Source of the DNA: Candidatus Gastranaerophilales bacterium
GTDB lineage: Bacteria; Cyanobacteriota; Vampirovibrionia; Gastranaerophilales; CAJFVJ01
Direction: 5' to 3'
DNA length: 64,000 nucleotides
Assembly (NCBI GenBank): GCA_944323485.1
Contig: CALUSR010000001.1
Span: 386,437-450,436, forward strand
Shown: piece after piece, positions 17,939 to 28,302 of the stretch
Position numbering within the stretch: position 1 is the first letter of the stretch
How the letters are laid out: each line of letters opens with the position of its first letter
Program-made: the position numbers and the translations under genes
Notes under the pieces: generated by a model
Databases searched by the model: none
What the model saw: the letters and a program-made list of their open reading frames with translations, nothing else
Told to the model about the DNA's origin: nothing

Positions 17939-19327
17939 TCAAAGACTGAGTGCATAGGCAAACAGCTCGCCGACTTGATGATTGTAGTATCTTCCGTCGT
18001 CTTTTGCAAAAAGATTTTCCCAGTGGCTTTCGGGTGTTCCATCTGTTGAATATGACGGGTTGCACATCATCAAATGGTGGGTGTTTGTGTCATATCTAAG
18101 AGGAAAGAGGTCTTCTGTTTGCATAAAACTCGGGAGTTTATCACTCGGGTATGTGAAGGCAAACAGGCATGTTCTTATTCTGGATAAGCGTTGTTCATAG
18201 GTTCGTCCTCCTTCGTCGTTGTCATTTGACACTTCTGCTCCGGGGGCATAGTCTCTTGAGTATTTCAGTTTATCAGACCATTCTTTTACGGTGTCAAAGT
18301 TGTCCACACTGACAAATGAAGTTCCTGCGGTCAGCCCCATTTTTCTGTAGCGTTCAAAATCGTCTGAACTCTTTTCGCCGACAAAACTGAGAGTTGTTTT
18401 TCCCGTGCGTCTTCTGATTTCATGCAGAATATGCTGCATTTGACGGTAATCAGGAAGTGCTCCGACACCTGTGTAGTTTCCGAGGTCATAGCCTCCGATA
18501 TGTTTTGCGGAGTCTATGAACATGGCTTCAAACCCGAGGTTGAAAAGTTTTGTACATTCTTCAATAAAGAGTTCTTCATGTTCTTTTTTCCACCATCTGA
18601 ACCATTCATCTTCCTGATATGGTCTTGCAATCTTTAGCTGGTCTTCTGAGATGACCATGCGGAATCCTGTTTTTATACCGCGGAAATGAGCAAGGTCATT
18701 GAAGGCACGTAGCTGGTCTTCGGGGCTTATTTTACTGATGATTGAGTTTGCAATGATGTTTTCGCTGTATCCTGAATTTAGTTTTATGCCGTAGATGGAG
18801 TTTTCTTCATGAGGAAGTTTGTTGTATCCGTCGCCATAAATATTCGGGAAAATTTGAGACAGGATTATGCAGTTTGCCCAGCTTTTTGCTGAAGGGGGGA
18901 TTGCGCTGAGGAGTTTTATAGTGCTGATTATTCCGTCAGAACATCTGTTTCCGTTCATTTTTGCGATGGCACGATTGTTTATTTCAATATAATTTGCAAG
19001 CCTGCCCCATCGGTCGCCATAGTTTGGAGAGTCGATGTTATCAGGGAATTTACGATAGAAAATGCCTCCCTCGCTGAGTGTCATAATTGAGTTAACGGCA
19101 CGTTTGAGAGATCTGTTCAGAACATCAGCGGGTACAATATTTGACAACCATTTTTTTGCGCGGGCTGCTCCTATGCCTCTGTAAGCTTTTGTTTCACTCC
19201 ATTTATCATAGTGCAGGACATCACTCCCGCAGACAGCTTTCAGAAGCTTGTTGCAGGGATTGTCTTGTTTTTCACCCGAGTATGATGCAGCGGAAGATTT
19301 TTCTTTTTCATAATATTTATTCTTCAT
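17939..19327 (-). CDS. Divergent GH13 (alpha-amylase family)-like protein
   Basis: CIILSQIFP, LAHFRGIKTGFRMV (region I-like), GFEAMFIDSAKHIG (region II Asp), FVGEKS (region III Glu), VSNDNDE (region IV Asp). Confidence 0.6.
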   Translation of the reverse strand: MKNKYYEKEKSSAASYSGEKQDNPCNKLLKAVCGSDVLHYDKWSETKAYRGIGAARAKKWLSNIVPADVLNRSLKRAVNSIMTLSEGGIFYRKFPDNIDSPNYGDRWGRLANYIEINNRAIAKMNGNRCSDGIISTIKLLSAIPPSAKSWANCIILSQIFPNIYGDGYNKLPHEENSIYGIKLNSGYSENIIANSIISKISPEDQLRAFNDLAHFRGIKTGFRMVISEDQLKIARPYQEDEWFRWWKKEHEELFIEECTKLFNLGFEAMFIDSAKHIGGYDLGNYTGVGALPDYRQMQHILHEIRRRTGKTTLSFVGEKSSDDFERYRKMGLTAGTSFVSVDNFDTVKEWSDKLKYSRDYAPGAEVSNDNDEGGRTYEQRLSRIRTCLFAFTYPSDKLPSFMQTEDLFPLRYDTNTHHLMMCNPSYSTDGTPESHWENLFAKDDGRYYNHQVGELFAYALSL

Positions 19328-19433
19328 AGTATCTTTACTATAAATAATTACTGTGAGAAATTCATTGTCAAAAAAGTTAGTTTTGACAGGAGTTTTTTGT
19401 CTGCAGCTCTAGCACTTTCAGATAATATTTCTC

Positions 19434-20435
19434 CTAAAAATCTCCATTGCATTGTGTTTTGCAAAAAATGCATTTGCCGTCATTGTCAAGATGAAATTCT
19501 TCAACCATAAAGCCGTTTCTTTTTATAATTATATTTTTACAATTTTTGCAATAAGTTGATGAGGTTTCAATGTTTTGTATGTTACCTGTATAAACATGGT
19601 TTAAGCCTGTTTTTAGGGCTATGTCACAAGCTTTCAGGAGAGTTTTTGAGTTTGTTCTCGGGTAATTCTTGAATTTATAACTCGGATGAAATGCACTGAA
19701 GTGGATAGGAGTGTTTGTCCCCAGGTTATTTTTTATCCACTCGCATTCTTTTTTGATTTCTTCATCGCTGTCATTCTCTCCTTCTATCAAAAGAGTGGTG
19801 ATTTCTAACCAGACATTTGTTTTTTGTTTTATGTATTTCAGGGTTTCGAGAACAGGTTCAAGTGAGGCAAGACAATTTTTGCGATAAAATTTTTCGCTGA
19901 AACTCTTTAAGTCAACATTTGCTGCATCAATATGTTCAAAGAGGTCTTTTCTAGCTTCCTGATTGATGTAACCGGCTGTTACTGCTACGGTTTTAATTCC
20001 AAGTTTGTGAGCTTCTTGTGCTGTATCGATTGCATATTCAAGAAATATGACAGGGTCGTTGTATGTGAACGCTATGCTTTTGCAGTCGTAATCTTTTGCA
20101 ATTTTTGCGATTTCCATAGGTGCAACTTTCTGCAGAAGGGAGTTATCTTCTTTTGACTTTGATATATGCCAGTTCTGACAAAACATGCATCCCATATTAC
20201 AGCCGATGGTACCGAAAGAGAGAACTTTTGATGATGGATAGAAGTGGTAGAGCGGTTTTTTTTCGATTGGATCAATAGCCAGTCCTGTTGTATAGCCGTA
20301 AGAAGTCAGGCTTATTTTTCCGTTCAGATTTTGTCTGATATGACAGAAGCCTCTTTGACCTTCTTTCAGGAGGCATCCTCTCGGGCATACTTCGCATTTC
20401 AGGGTATTATCTTTTAGGGGGCTTTGATATTTCAT
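19434..20435 (-). CDS. amrS: AmmeMemoRadiSam system radical SAM enzyme
   Basis: CEVCPRGC...GFCHIR, IDPIEKKPLYHF, CxxxCxxC (GCNMGCMFCQN), AFTYNDP, HFSAFHP, VYTGN; start placed at MKYQSP. Confidence 0.9.
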   Translation of the reverse strand: MKYQSPLKDNTLKCEVCPRGCLLKEGQRGFCHIRQNLNGKISLTSYGYTTGLAIDPIEKKPLYHFYPSSKVLSFGTIGCNMGCMFCQNWHISKSKEDNSLLQKVAPMEIAKIAKDYDCKSIAFTYNDPVIFLEYAIDTAQEAHKLGIKTVAVTAGYINQEARKDLFEHIDAANVDLKSFSEKFYRKNCLASLEPVLETLKYIKQKTNVWLEITTLLIEGENDSDEEIKKECEWIKNNLGTNTPIHFSAFHPSYKFKNYPRTNSKTLLKACDIALKTGLNHVYTGNIQNIETSSTYCKNCKNIIIKRNGFMVEEFHLDNDGKCIFCKTQCNGDF

Positions 20436-20484
20436 AAAACATATTATAATTAATTTTGGAGTTAAATAAAACAGCAAGGTGATT

Positions 20485-21816
20485 ATGTATAAAGTTAAAA
20501 CCCCTTCGGTAGCCGGTACTTTTTATCCGGAGAATAAAGAAGAACTTTTGTCTCAGATAGCGGATTTTAAAAAAAATTTGAAAAAACATTACACTTATAC
20601 TTCACGTGCTGTCATTGTTCCTCATGCCGGATATTATTACTCCGGTCAGCTTGCTTTTGAAGGGTTAAACTGTTTAGATAAGAAAGTTGAAAATATTTTT
20701 ATTTTTGCTCCTGCCCACAGGGTGTTTGTTGAGGGTGCCGCTCTTTCCGGATTTGACGCTTGGGAAACTCCTCTCGGAGATGTCGAACTGAACAAAGAGA
20801 TAAACAACGAGCTGAATGAGAAATTTGGATGTGTTTTTTATAATGAGGCGTTCAAAGATGAACATGCTATCGAAGTCCAGCTTCCTCTGCTGCAAAAAAC
20901 TTTTGAATATTTCAAAATAATTCCAGTTCTGGTCGGAAGGGAGAAGGCGTCAAAAATTACCGAGATAATATCCCATTACTGGGGTGATGAAAAAAATGCA
21001 TTTGTAATATCTTCAGACTTGAGTCACTTTCTTTCGTCTCCTGATGCGAAGAAAGTTGACCTTACAACGGCTCAGATGATAGAAGAAGTTGATATGTCAT
21101 CTTTTCATCCCGAGCAGGCATGCGGTTCCGTTGGAATTTGCGGTCTTTGTGATTTCGCAGGATTAAAAGGTTATTCTTTGATAAGAGTAGGCATGCTCAA
21201 CTCAGGCGATATAAGCGGTGATAACTCCAGAGTTGTAGGCTATGGTTCGTGGATGTTGTATGAGGGCGAGAAGAATAAATTTATAAAAGAATATTTCAGC
21301 GATTTTGTACTTGATACCTGCAGAAAAAGTATTGAATATGACGGAAAATATTCTCCGGAGAATTATGCTCCTGTTTTTGATGAACTGGGTGCATGTTTTG
21401 TCACTTTAGAAATCGGCGGAAATCTGAGAGGATGCATCGGGTCTATTCTTGCTTATGAACCTCTTGTTGATAATCTTGTGAAAAATGCTTATAACAGTGC
21501 TTTTTCGGATCCGAGATTTCCCCCTGTTTCAAAAGAAGAGTTTTTGAAAACAGAATTGAAGGTGTCGATTTTGTCTGCACCCGTTAAAATGAAATTCAAA
21601 GATGAAAATGATTTGCTTTCGCAGATAGTACCTTTTGTAGACGGATTAATTATTAAAGACGGTCGTTATCAGGCTGTTTATCTTCCGAGTGTATGGGAGC
21701 AGCTGCCTGATAAGGAAGATTTTTTGAATTCCCTGAAACAAAAATCAGGCTTGCCTCGAGACTATTTCTCAGAAACATTTGAGGCATTCAGGTTTGGTAC
21801 CGAATACATATTCTAA
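20485..21816 (+). CDS. Fused AmmeMemoRadiSam protein B (MEMO1-like) and protein A (AMMECR1-like)
   Basis: N-half: VAGTFYP, VPHAGYYYSG, EHAIEVQLP, ISSDLSH, NSGDISG..VVGY. C-half: GACFVTL...LRGCIGS, AFSDPRF, YLPSVWEQ. Confidence 0.9.
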   Translation: MYKVKTPSVAGTFYPENKEELLSQIADFKKNLKKHYTYTSRAVIVPHAGYYYSGQLAFEGLNCLDKKVENIFIFAPAHRVFVEGAALSGFDAWETPLGDVELNKEINNELNEKFGCVFYNEAFKDEHAIEVQLPLLQKTFEYFKIIPVLVGREKASKITEIISHYWGDEKNAFVISSDLSHFLSSPDAKKVDLTTAQMIEEVDMSSFHPEQACGSVGICGLCDFAGLKGYSLIRVGMLNSGDISGDNSRVVGYGSWMLYEGEKNKFIKEYFSDFVLDTCRKSIEYDGKYSPENYAPVFDELGACFVTLEIGGNLRGCIGSILAYEPLVDNLVKNAYNSAFSDPRFPPVSKEEFLKTELKVSILSAPVKMKFKDENDLLSQIVPFVDGLIIKDGRYQAVYLPSVWEQLPDKEDFLNSLKQKSGLPRDYFSETFEAFRFGTEYIF

Positions 21817-21829
21817 GTTTGTAGTAATA

Positions 21830-21857
21830 TTGAATACTTTGAGTTATCTGGTATAAT
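21830..21857 (+). promoter_or_regulatory. Sigma70-type promoter for the trp operon
   Basis: TTGAAT (21830-35), 16 nt spacer, extended -10 TG-G-TATAAT (21852-57). Confidence 0.6.
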
Positions 21858-21872
21858 CTTAGATAACTCGGA

Positions 21873-23348
21873 GTGTTTAATATGTATAAACCGGATTTAG
21901 ATGAGGCAAGAAATTTAGCGGATGACTACAGGGTTATTCCGCTCAGCATGGAAATTTTTGCTGATGTGAGAACGCCAATTGAAGTATTGAGAATTCTCAA
22001 AGGTGTTGATGCTCACTGCTTTTTGCTTGAGAGCGTTGAAAAGGCAGAGAGGTGGGGAAGGTATTCGTTTTTGGGATTTGCTCCATCAATGGAGATAACC
22101 TGCCATGACAGCAAGCTAACGCTCAAGACTGATGAAAAGACCGAAATAATTAACACTGATGAACCGCAGAAATATATAAAAAGAATAATAGAAGATAACA
22201 GAAGTCCGCGTCTTGACTTCCTTCCACCTTTCACAGGCGGTCTTGTCGGGTATTTTTCTTATGATTTTATCAAATATTTTGAACCTAAGCTGAAATTGGA
22301 TGCTTGTGATGAAGAGAATTTCAAAGATGTTGACCTGATGCTCTTTGATAAGGTGATAGCTTTTGATAATCTCCGGCAGAAGATAGTTTTGATAGTAAAT
22401 ATAAAAACAGATAACTTGGAAGAGAATTATAAAAAAGGAACGGTAGAGCTGCAGAAACTTGCTTCTTTAATAAAAAACGGTTTTCCTAAAAAAGTTTTAC
22501 CGGGCAGATTGAAATCAGAATTCCGCCCTCTTTTTAATAAAGAAAAATTCTGCGATATGGTAAAAAAAGCCAAACATTACATAAAAGAGGGTGATATTTT
22601 TCAGGTTGTATTATCAAATCGTTTTGATGCCGATTTTGAAGGCGAGTTATTAAACACTTATCGTTTTTTGAGAACTATTAACCCGTCGCCGTATATGTTT
22701 TATTTCGGGAGCAATGATTTGGAAATAGCGGGTGCTTCACCTGAAACACTTGTTAAACTTGATAACGGTAAGCTGTATACATTCCCTCTTGCCGGAACAA
22801 AACCCAGAGGTAAAACTGATGAAGAAGACAGACAGCTTGAGAGAGATTTGTTATCTGATGAAAAAGAACTTGCAGAACATAATATGCTTGTTGATTTAGG
22901 GCGGAATGATATCGGGCGTATCTCAAAATTCGGCAGCGTAAAAGTTGAAAAATATATGACTATTGAGAGGTTCTCTCATGTTATGCATATCGGTTCGACA
23001 GTTGTCGGTGATATAAGAGATGATAAGGATTCACTTGATGCTATAGGCTCCATTCTCCCAGCCGGCACACTTTCAGGTGCACCCAAAATCAGAGCATGCG
23101 AAATAATCAACGAGCTTGAAAACAACAAAAGAGGAATTTATGGCGGTGCTATCGGATATGTTGATTTTACGGGAAATTTGGATACATGTATAGCAATCAG
23201 AATAGCTTTCAAAAAGAACGGGAAAGTTTTTGTGCGGGTTGGCGCCGGTATTGTTGCTGATAGTGTTCCTGAAAACGAATATACAGAGTGCATAAACAAA
23301 TCCCGCGCTGTAATGAATGCCCTAAAGTTGTCAGAGGAGGAAGTATGA
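21873..23348 (+). CDS. trpE: Anthranilate synthase component I
   Basis: FLLESVE, GDIFQVVLS, NPSPYM, GASPE, LAGTKPRG, EHNMLVDLGRND, PAGTLSGAPK, YGGAIG. Confidence 0.96.
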   Translation: MFNMYKPDLDEARNLADDYRVIPLSMEIFADVRTPIEVLRILKGVDAHCFLLESVEKAERWGRYSFLGFAPSMEITCHDSKLTLKTDEKTEIINTDEPQKYIKRIIEDNRSPRLDFLPPFTGGLVGYFSYDFIKYFEPKLKLDACDEENFKDVDLMLFDKVIAFDNLRQKIVLIVNIKTDNLEENYKKGTVELQKLASLIKNGFPKKVLPGRLKSEFRPLFNKEKFCDMVKKAKHYIKEGDIFQVVLSNRFDADFEGELLNTYRFLRTINPSPYMFYFGSNDLEIAGASPETLVKLDNGKLYTFPLAGTKPRGKTDEEDRQLERDLLSDEKELAEHNMLVDLGRNDIGRISKFGSVKVEKYMTIERFSHVMHIGSTVVGDIRDDKDSLDAIGSILPAGTLSGAPKIRACEIINELENNKRGIYGGAIGYVDFTGNLDTCIAIRIAFKKNGKVFVRVGAGIVADSVPENEYTECINKSRAVMNALKLSEEEV

Positions 23349-23920
23349 TTCTTTTGATTGATAACTATGACAGCTTTTCATACAACTTATACCAGCTTGT
23401 TGGGTCTATTAATCCTGATATAAAGGTGATACGCAATAATGAGCTTACGGTTTCAGAGATTGACGGGCTTTCTCCTGAAGCAATAATCCTTTCACCGGGG
23501 CCGGGGCGTCCTGAGAATGCGGGTGTTTGCGTTGATGTTGTAAAATATTTTGCGGGGAAAATTCCGATTCTTGGTATTTGCCTCGGACATCAGGCAATAT
23601 GTGAGGCATTCGGAGGAGTTGTGACTTATGCAGAGAAGATTATGCATGGGAAAACATCAGAGATTAGTGTTGATGCTTCCTGCAGATTGTTTGAAGGATT
23701 GCCTGAAACCTTTAAAGTGGCAAGATATCATTCGCTGGTAGCAGAAGAGGCAACTCTTCCCAAAGAACTGAAAATTACCGCAAAGACAGGTGATGGCGTA
23801 ATAATGGCTTTAGAACATATTGATTATGATATTTACGGCTTGCAGTTTCATCCTGAATCAATCCTCACGCCTGCGGGCAAAAAAATAGCAGAGAATTTTT
23901 TGGAAATAGTGAAAAAATGA
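23345..23920 (+). CDS. trpG: Anthranilate synthase component II (glutamine amidotransferase)
   Basis: MILLIDNYDSFSYNL, SPGPG, GICLGHQ, RYHSL, QFHPES; ATGA overlap with trpE puts the start at 23345. Confidence 0.96.
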   Translation: MILLIDNYDSFSYNLYQLVGSINPDIKVIRNNELTVSEIDGLSPEAIILSPGPGRPENAGVCVDVVKYFAGKIPILGICLGHQAICEAFGGVVTYAEKIMHGKTSEISVDASCRLFEGLPETFKVARYHSLVAEEATLPKELKITAKTGDGVIMALEHIDYDIYGLQFHPESILTPAGKKIAENFLEIVKK

Positions 23921-24936
23921 TAAAAAAAGCAATTATACAGGCAGCAAAAAGAGAAAATCTTGATTTTGAACTTACAAAAGCGGCAATGGAAGAGATTGCT
24001 GACGGGAAGGCTACTGACGCACAAATTGCAGCATTTTTGACCGCTATGCGGATGAAAGGAGAAACGGCAGAAGAAATTACTGCTGCTGCAAGTGTTATGA
24101 AAGAAAAATGCTTCAAAGTAAGTCTTCACAACATTGATGCTATAGATATTGTCGGGACAGGCGGTGATTGTGCTGATACGTTCAATATTTCAACAACTTC
24201 CATGTTTGTTGTGGCATCAGGAGGGGTATCTGTTGCAAAACACGGGAGCCGTTCCGCATCGGGTAAAACCGGCGCTGCCGATGTTCTTGAAGCGTTGGGC
24301 GTAAATATTCTTACGACACCATCGCAGGAGCGGGAAATTTTTGACAGAACGGGGTTGTGTTTTATGTACGCACAAAACCACCACCCGGCTATGAGGTATG
24401 TTGCATCTGTCAGAAGAGAAATAAAAATACGCACCTTCTTCAATATTCTCGGTCCGCTTGTAAACCCTGCAAATGCATCAATGCAGATTATGGGGGTATT
24501 TGAACCCGAGCTTGTTGATATTATGGCTTATGCAATGGTTCACCTCGGGGTAAAAAACGGGATGGTAATCCATGGTCTTGATGGTCTTGATGAAGCGACC
24601 GTTACTGATGAAACAATGGTCTGTGAAATTCGCAACGGCAATATGATGTCGTACAAGATAAATCCTTCTCTTTTGGGGCTCGGAACTTATTCCCTTGGTG
24701 AGCTTAAGAGCGCCGATATCGAAGAGAATGTTCAGATTATGAAGGATATTTTTAGCGGGAAAGAACAGGGCGCCAAAAAAGACATAGTAGTTTTGAACTC
24801 AGCCCTTGCATTTTATACTGCGAAAAAGGTTGATTCTCTGCTCAACGGGGTTGCTCTTGCTAAAGAGCTTATTGAATCGGGGGCGGCCGAGAAGAAATTT
24901 TATGAATTTATAAAAATTACAAATGAGGTAAGATGA
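23917..24936 (+). CDS. trpD: Anthranilate phosphoribosyltransferase
   Basis: DIVGTGGD, FNIST, AKHGSRS, HHPAM, FNILGPL, GLDE. Confidence 0.96.
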   Translation: MIKKAIIQAAKRENLDFELTKAAMEEIADGKATDAQIAAFLTAMRMKGETAEEITAAASVMKEKCFKVSLHNIDAIDIVGTGGDCADTFNISTTSMFVVASGGVSVAKHGSRSASGKTGAADVLEALGVNILTTPSQEREIFDRTGLCFMYAQNHHPAMRYVASVRREIKIRTFFNILGPLVNPANASMQIMGVFEPELVDIMAYAMVHLGVKNGMVIHGLDGLDEATVTDETMVCEIRNGNMMSYKINPSLLGLGTYSLGELKSADIEENVQIMKDIFSGKEQGAKKDIVVLNSALAFYTAKKVDSLLNGVALAKELIESGAAEKKFYEFIKITNEVR

Positions 24937-25721
24937 CGACTATACTCGATAAAATTGTAGATAAGACGAAAGAAAGACTCTCAAATCTGAAATCAAAGTG
25001 TTCTGTCAAAGAGATGGAAAAACTTGCGAGAAACTATACAGGTGAAAAATTTCTGTTTGAGAATGCTCTCAGGCAGGATGGTATCTCTTTTATATGCGAG
25101 GTGAAGAAGGCATCTCCTTCAAAGGGTATAATCTCTGAAGATTTTCCTTATGTCAAAATTGCGAGAGATTATGAGGAGGCGGGTGCGTCGGCGATATCCG
25201 TGTTGACAGAGCCTTATTTTTTTCTCGGGTCTGATGAATATCTTTCTGAAATTGCTAAAAATGTTAAAATTCCTTTGTTGCGAAAGGATTTTACGATTGA
25301 TGAGTATCAAATTTATGAGGCGAAGATTATCGGAGCGGGTGCTGTTTTGTTAATCTGCTCTATACTTGATGAAAGCAGGCTCGCTGAATTTATTGCTCTT
25401 GCCGATTCACTCGGGATGAGCGCACTTGTTGAAGCTCATGATGAAGATGAGATTTCGAAAGCTCTCATGGCAGGGGCGAGGATAGTAGGGGTGAATAACA
25501 GGAATTTGAAAACATTTGATGTTGATTTGAATAATAGTTTGAGGCTTCGCAAATTTGTGCCTGATAATGTTTTGTTTGTATCAGAAAGCGGGATAAAAAC
25601 GCCTGAAGATATAAAAATTTTGAAAGAAAACAGGGTTGATGCCGTGTTGATTGGAGAGACTTTTATGCGCTCGTCAAATAAAGCTGATGTCCTGAAAAGT
25701 CTGAGAGGAGGTGCGATGTGA
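24933..25721 (+). CDS. trpC: Indole-3-glycerol-phosphate synthase
   Basis: ICEVKKASPSKG, SVLTE, LRKDF, YQIYEA, LVEAH, GVNNRNL, VSESGI. Confidence 0.96.
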   Translation: MTTILDKIVDKTKERLSNLKSKCSVKEMEKLARNYTGEKFLFENALRQDGISFICEVKKASPSKGIISEDFPYVKIARDYEEAGASAISVLTEPYFFLGSDEYLSEIAKNVKIPLLRKDFTIDEYQIYEAKIIGAGAVLLICSILDESRLAEFIALADSLGMSALVEAHDEDEISKALMAGARIVGVNNRNLKTFDVDLNNSLRLRKFVPDNVLFVSESGIKTPEDIKILKENRVDAVLIGETFMRSSNKADVLKSLRGGAM

Positions 25722-26353
25722 GCAGTTCTTTAAAGATAAAAATATGCGGTTTGAGAAGAGAGTGTGATGTTGATTTTGTAAACAGCGCAGGTGTTGATTT
25801 TGTGGGGTTTGTTTTTGCCGGCTCAAAAAGACAGGTAACCCCTGCTCAGGCATCTGTATTGAAAAAAAGGTTATCTCCTGATATCAAATCAGTCGGAGTA
25901 TTTGTTAATGAGAGTATCGAAAATATCAAAAGAATATGTAAAAATGGGATTATTGACTTGATTCAACTTCATGGGAATGAGGACGGTGATTTTATAAAAA
26001 CATTGAAGAACGAAATAAATTTACCGGTAATAAAAGCGGTGAAGGCTTTATCCAAGGATTATATAAAAGAAGAAATCCGGAATGATGCTGACTTTGTGTT
26101 GTTGGATTCGTTTAAAGAGAATTCTTTTGGCGGAACCGGTAGTATATTTGATTGGACGGTTGTTCCTGATATCAAAAAACCTGTTTTTCTCGCAGGTGGT
26201 TTGAATATCAATAATATAAAACAGGCTGTTGACATGGTACATCCATTCTGCGTTGATATAAGTAGCGGTGTAGAAACAGACGGGTTTAAAGACGAGAGAA
26301 AAATATTTGAGATAACAAAACTTGTAAGAGGACTGGAATATGAGTATAACTAA
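25718..26353 (+). CDS. trpF: Phosphoribosylanthranilate isomerase
   Basis: [41 protein letters not shown]. Confidence 0.96.
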   Translation: MSSSLKIKICGLRRECDVDFVNSAGVDFVGFVFAGSKRQVTPAQASVLKKRLSPDIKSVGVFVNESIENIKRICKNGIIDLIQLHGNEDGDFIKTLKNEINLPVIKAVKALSKDYIKEEIRNDADFVLLDSFKENSFGGTGSIFDWTVVPDIKKPVFLAGGLNINNIKQAVDMVHPFCVDISSGVETDGFKDERKIFEITKLVRGLEYEYN

Positions 26354-27533
26354 ATTCGGGATTTACGGGGGACAGTATATTCCTGAAATTTTGATGAATG
26401 AAATAATAGACTTGGAAAAAGCTTATAATTATTATAAAAAAGACCCTGAATTTTTGAGAGAACTTGATAACCTTCTGAAAAAATATGCAGGGCGTCCTTC
26501 GTTGTTATATTTCGCTGAGAATATGACAAAAGATTTAGGCGGGGCAAAAATTTATTTTAAACGTGAAGATTTGAATCATACCGGTTCGCATAAAATTAAT
26601 AATGTTTTGGGGCAGGTTCTTCTTGCAAAATATATGGGGAAAAAACGGGTTATTGCTGAAACGGGTGCAGGGCAGCACGGTGTTGCCACTGCAACTGCTG
26701 CGGCGCTGTTGGGTCTTGAGTGTGAAATATTTATGGGTAAAGAGGATACTGACAGGCAGGCATTGAATGTCTACAGAATGGAACTTTTAGGGGCAAAAGT
26801 GCACCCTGTTATGTCTGGGACCATGACATTGAAAGATGCGGTTAATGAAACAATGCGTGAGTGGTCTACACGTGCGGAGGATACGCTTTATGTTCTTGGC
26901 TCTGTAATGGGGCCGCACCCTTTTCCGACTATTGTCAGGGATTTTCAAAGTGTGATAAGCAAAGAAGCAAGAGAGCAGATACTCGAATATGAAGGCAAGC
27001 TGCCTGCTGCAGTGGTCGCCTGTGTCGGCGGCGGAAGCAATGCAATGGGCATGTTTTATAATTTTATTGATGATAAGGATGTTAAACTGATTGGCTGCGA
27101 GGCAGCAGGACACGGGCTTGATACTGATAAGCATGCTGCAAGCATTGCGAAAGGTCGGTTGGGAATTTTCCACGGGATGAAATCTTTGTTCTGCCAGAAT
27201 AAAGACGGGCAGATAGCGCCTGTTTATTCAATTTCTGCAGGTCTTGATTATCCAGGGATAGGTCCTGAGCATGCTTATTTACACAGTATAGGAAGAGCCA
27301 GTTATGTTCCGATAACAGATGATGAAGCTGTGGATGCTTTTGAATATCTTTCAAGGACAGAGGGTATTATCCCTGCTATAGAAAGCGCACATGCTGTTGC
27401 CCATGTGCGGAAAATAGCGCCCGCTATGAAGAAAGATGATATTGTTATTATTTGTCTTTCAGGCAGAGGGGATAAAGATGTTGCAGCAATGGCAAAATAC
27501 AGAGGAAGGTTAATAGATGAGCAGGATAAATAA
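26340..27533 (+). CDS. trpB: Tryptophan synthase beta chain
   Basis: [64 protein letters not shown]. Confidence 0.98.
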   Translation: MSITKFGIYGGQYIPEILMNEIIDLEKAYNYYKKDPEFLRELDNLLKKYAGRPSLLYFAENMTKDLGGAKIYFKREDLNHTGSHKINNVLGQVLLAKYMGKKRVIAETGAGQHGVATATAAALLGLECEIFMGKEDTDRQALNVYRMELLGAKVHPVMSGTMTLKDAVNETMREWSTRAEDTLYVLGSVMGPHPFPTIVRDFQSVISKEAREQILEYEGKLPAAVVACVGGGSNAMGMFYNFIDDKDVKLIGCEAAGHGLDTDKHAASIAKGRLGIFHGMKSLFCQNKDGQIAPVYSISAGLDYPGIGPEHAYLHSIGRASYVPITDDEAVDAFEYLSRTEGIIPAIESAHAVAHVRKIAPAMKKDDIVIICLSGRGDKDVAAMAKYRGRLIDEQDK

Positions 27534-28302
27534 TGCATTTAAGCAGAAGGCTTTTATAGGTTTTATTACAGCAGGTGATCCTGATGTGGACTCAAGCGGG
27601 AAGTTTATTCTTGAGATGGCAAGAGCGGGCGCAGACCTGATTGAAATAGGTATCCCGTTTTCAGACCCTATAGCAGAGGGGGTTGTTATTCAGCGTGCAA
27701 GCACAAGGGCGTTGAACTCTGGTGTTACCGTATCAAAAATTTTTGATATGGTAGCGTCAGTGCGCAAAAAAACAGATATTCCTCTTGTATTTTTGACTTA
27801 TTTGAATCCCGTGTTCAACTACGGATATGAAGAGTTTTTCAAAAAATGTGCCGATGTCGGGATTGATGGGATTATTATCCCTGATTTGCCTTATGAAGAG
27901 AAGTCAGAAGTTGAAGAAATTTCAAAAAAATACGGTATAGACTTAATTTCCTTGATTGCGCCGACATCACATGACCGCATTCAGCTTATAGCAAAAGAGT
28001 CTACAGGGTTTATTTATGTGGTATCATCGATGGGTGTGACGGGTGTTCGCTCTGAGATTACGACAGATTTGGATTCGATAGTCGGTCTTATCAGAAAAGT
28101 AACTGATACTCCTACGGCAATTGGCTTTGGCATAAACACAACAGAGCAGGCAGAGAAATTCGCCGGGATAGCTGACGGTGTAATTGTCGGCAGCGCAATA
28201 GTCAAGCTGATTGAAAAATACGGCAAAGATGCGGCTCCTTATGTATATGATTATGTAAAATCAATGAAGGAAGCCGCAATGAGAGCTATGCAGAAAGTTT
28301 AG
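27517..28302 (+). CDS. trpA: Tryptophan synthase alpha chain
   Basis: [49 protein letters not shown]. Confidence 0.97.
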   Translation: MSRINNAFKQKAFIGFITAGDPDVDSSGKFILEMARAGADLIEIGIPFSDPIAEGVVIQRASTRALNSGVTVSKIFDMVASVRKKTDIPLVFLTYLNPVFNYGYEEFFKKCADVGIDGIIIPDLPYEEKSEVEEISKKYGIDLISLIAPTSHDRIQLIAKESTGFIYVVSSMGVTGVRSEITTDLDSIVGLIRKVTDTPTAIGFGINTTEQAEKFAGIADGVIVGSAIVKLIEKYGKDAAPYVYDYVKSMKEAAMRAMQKV

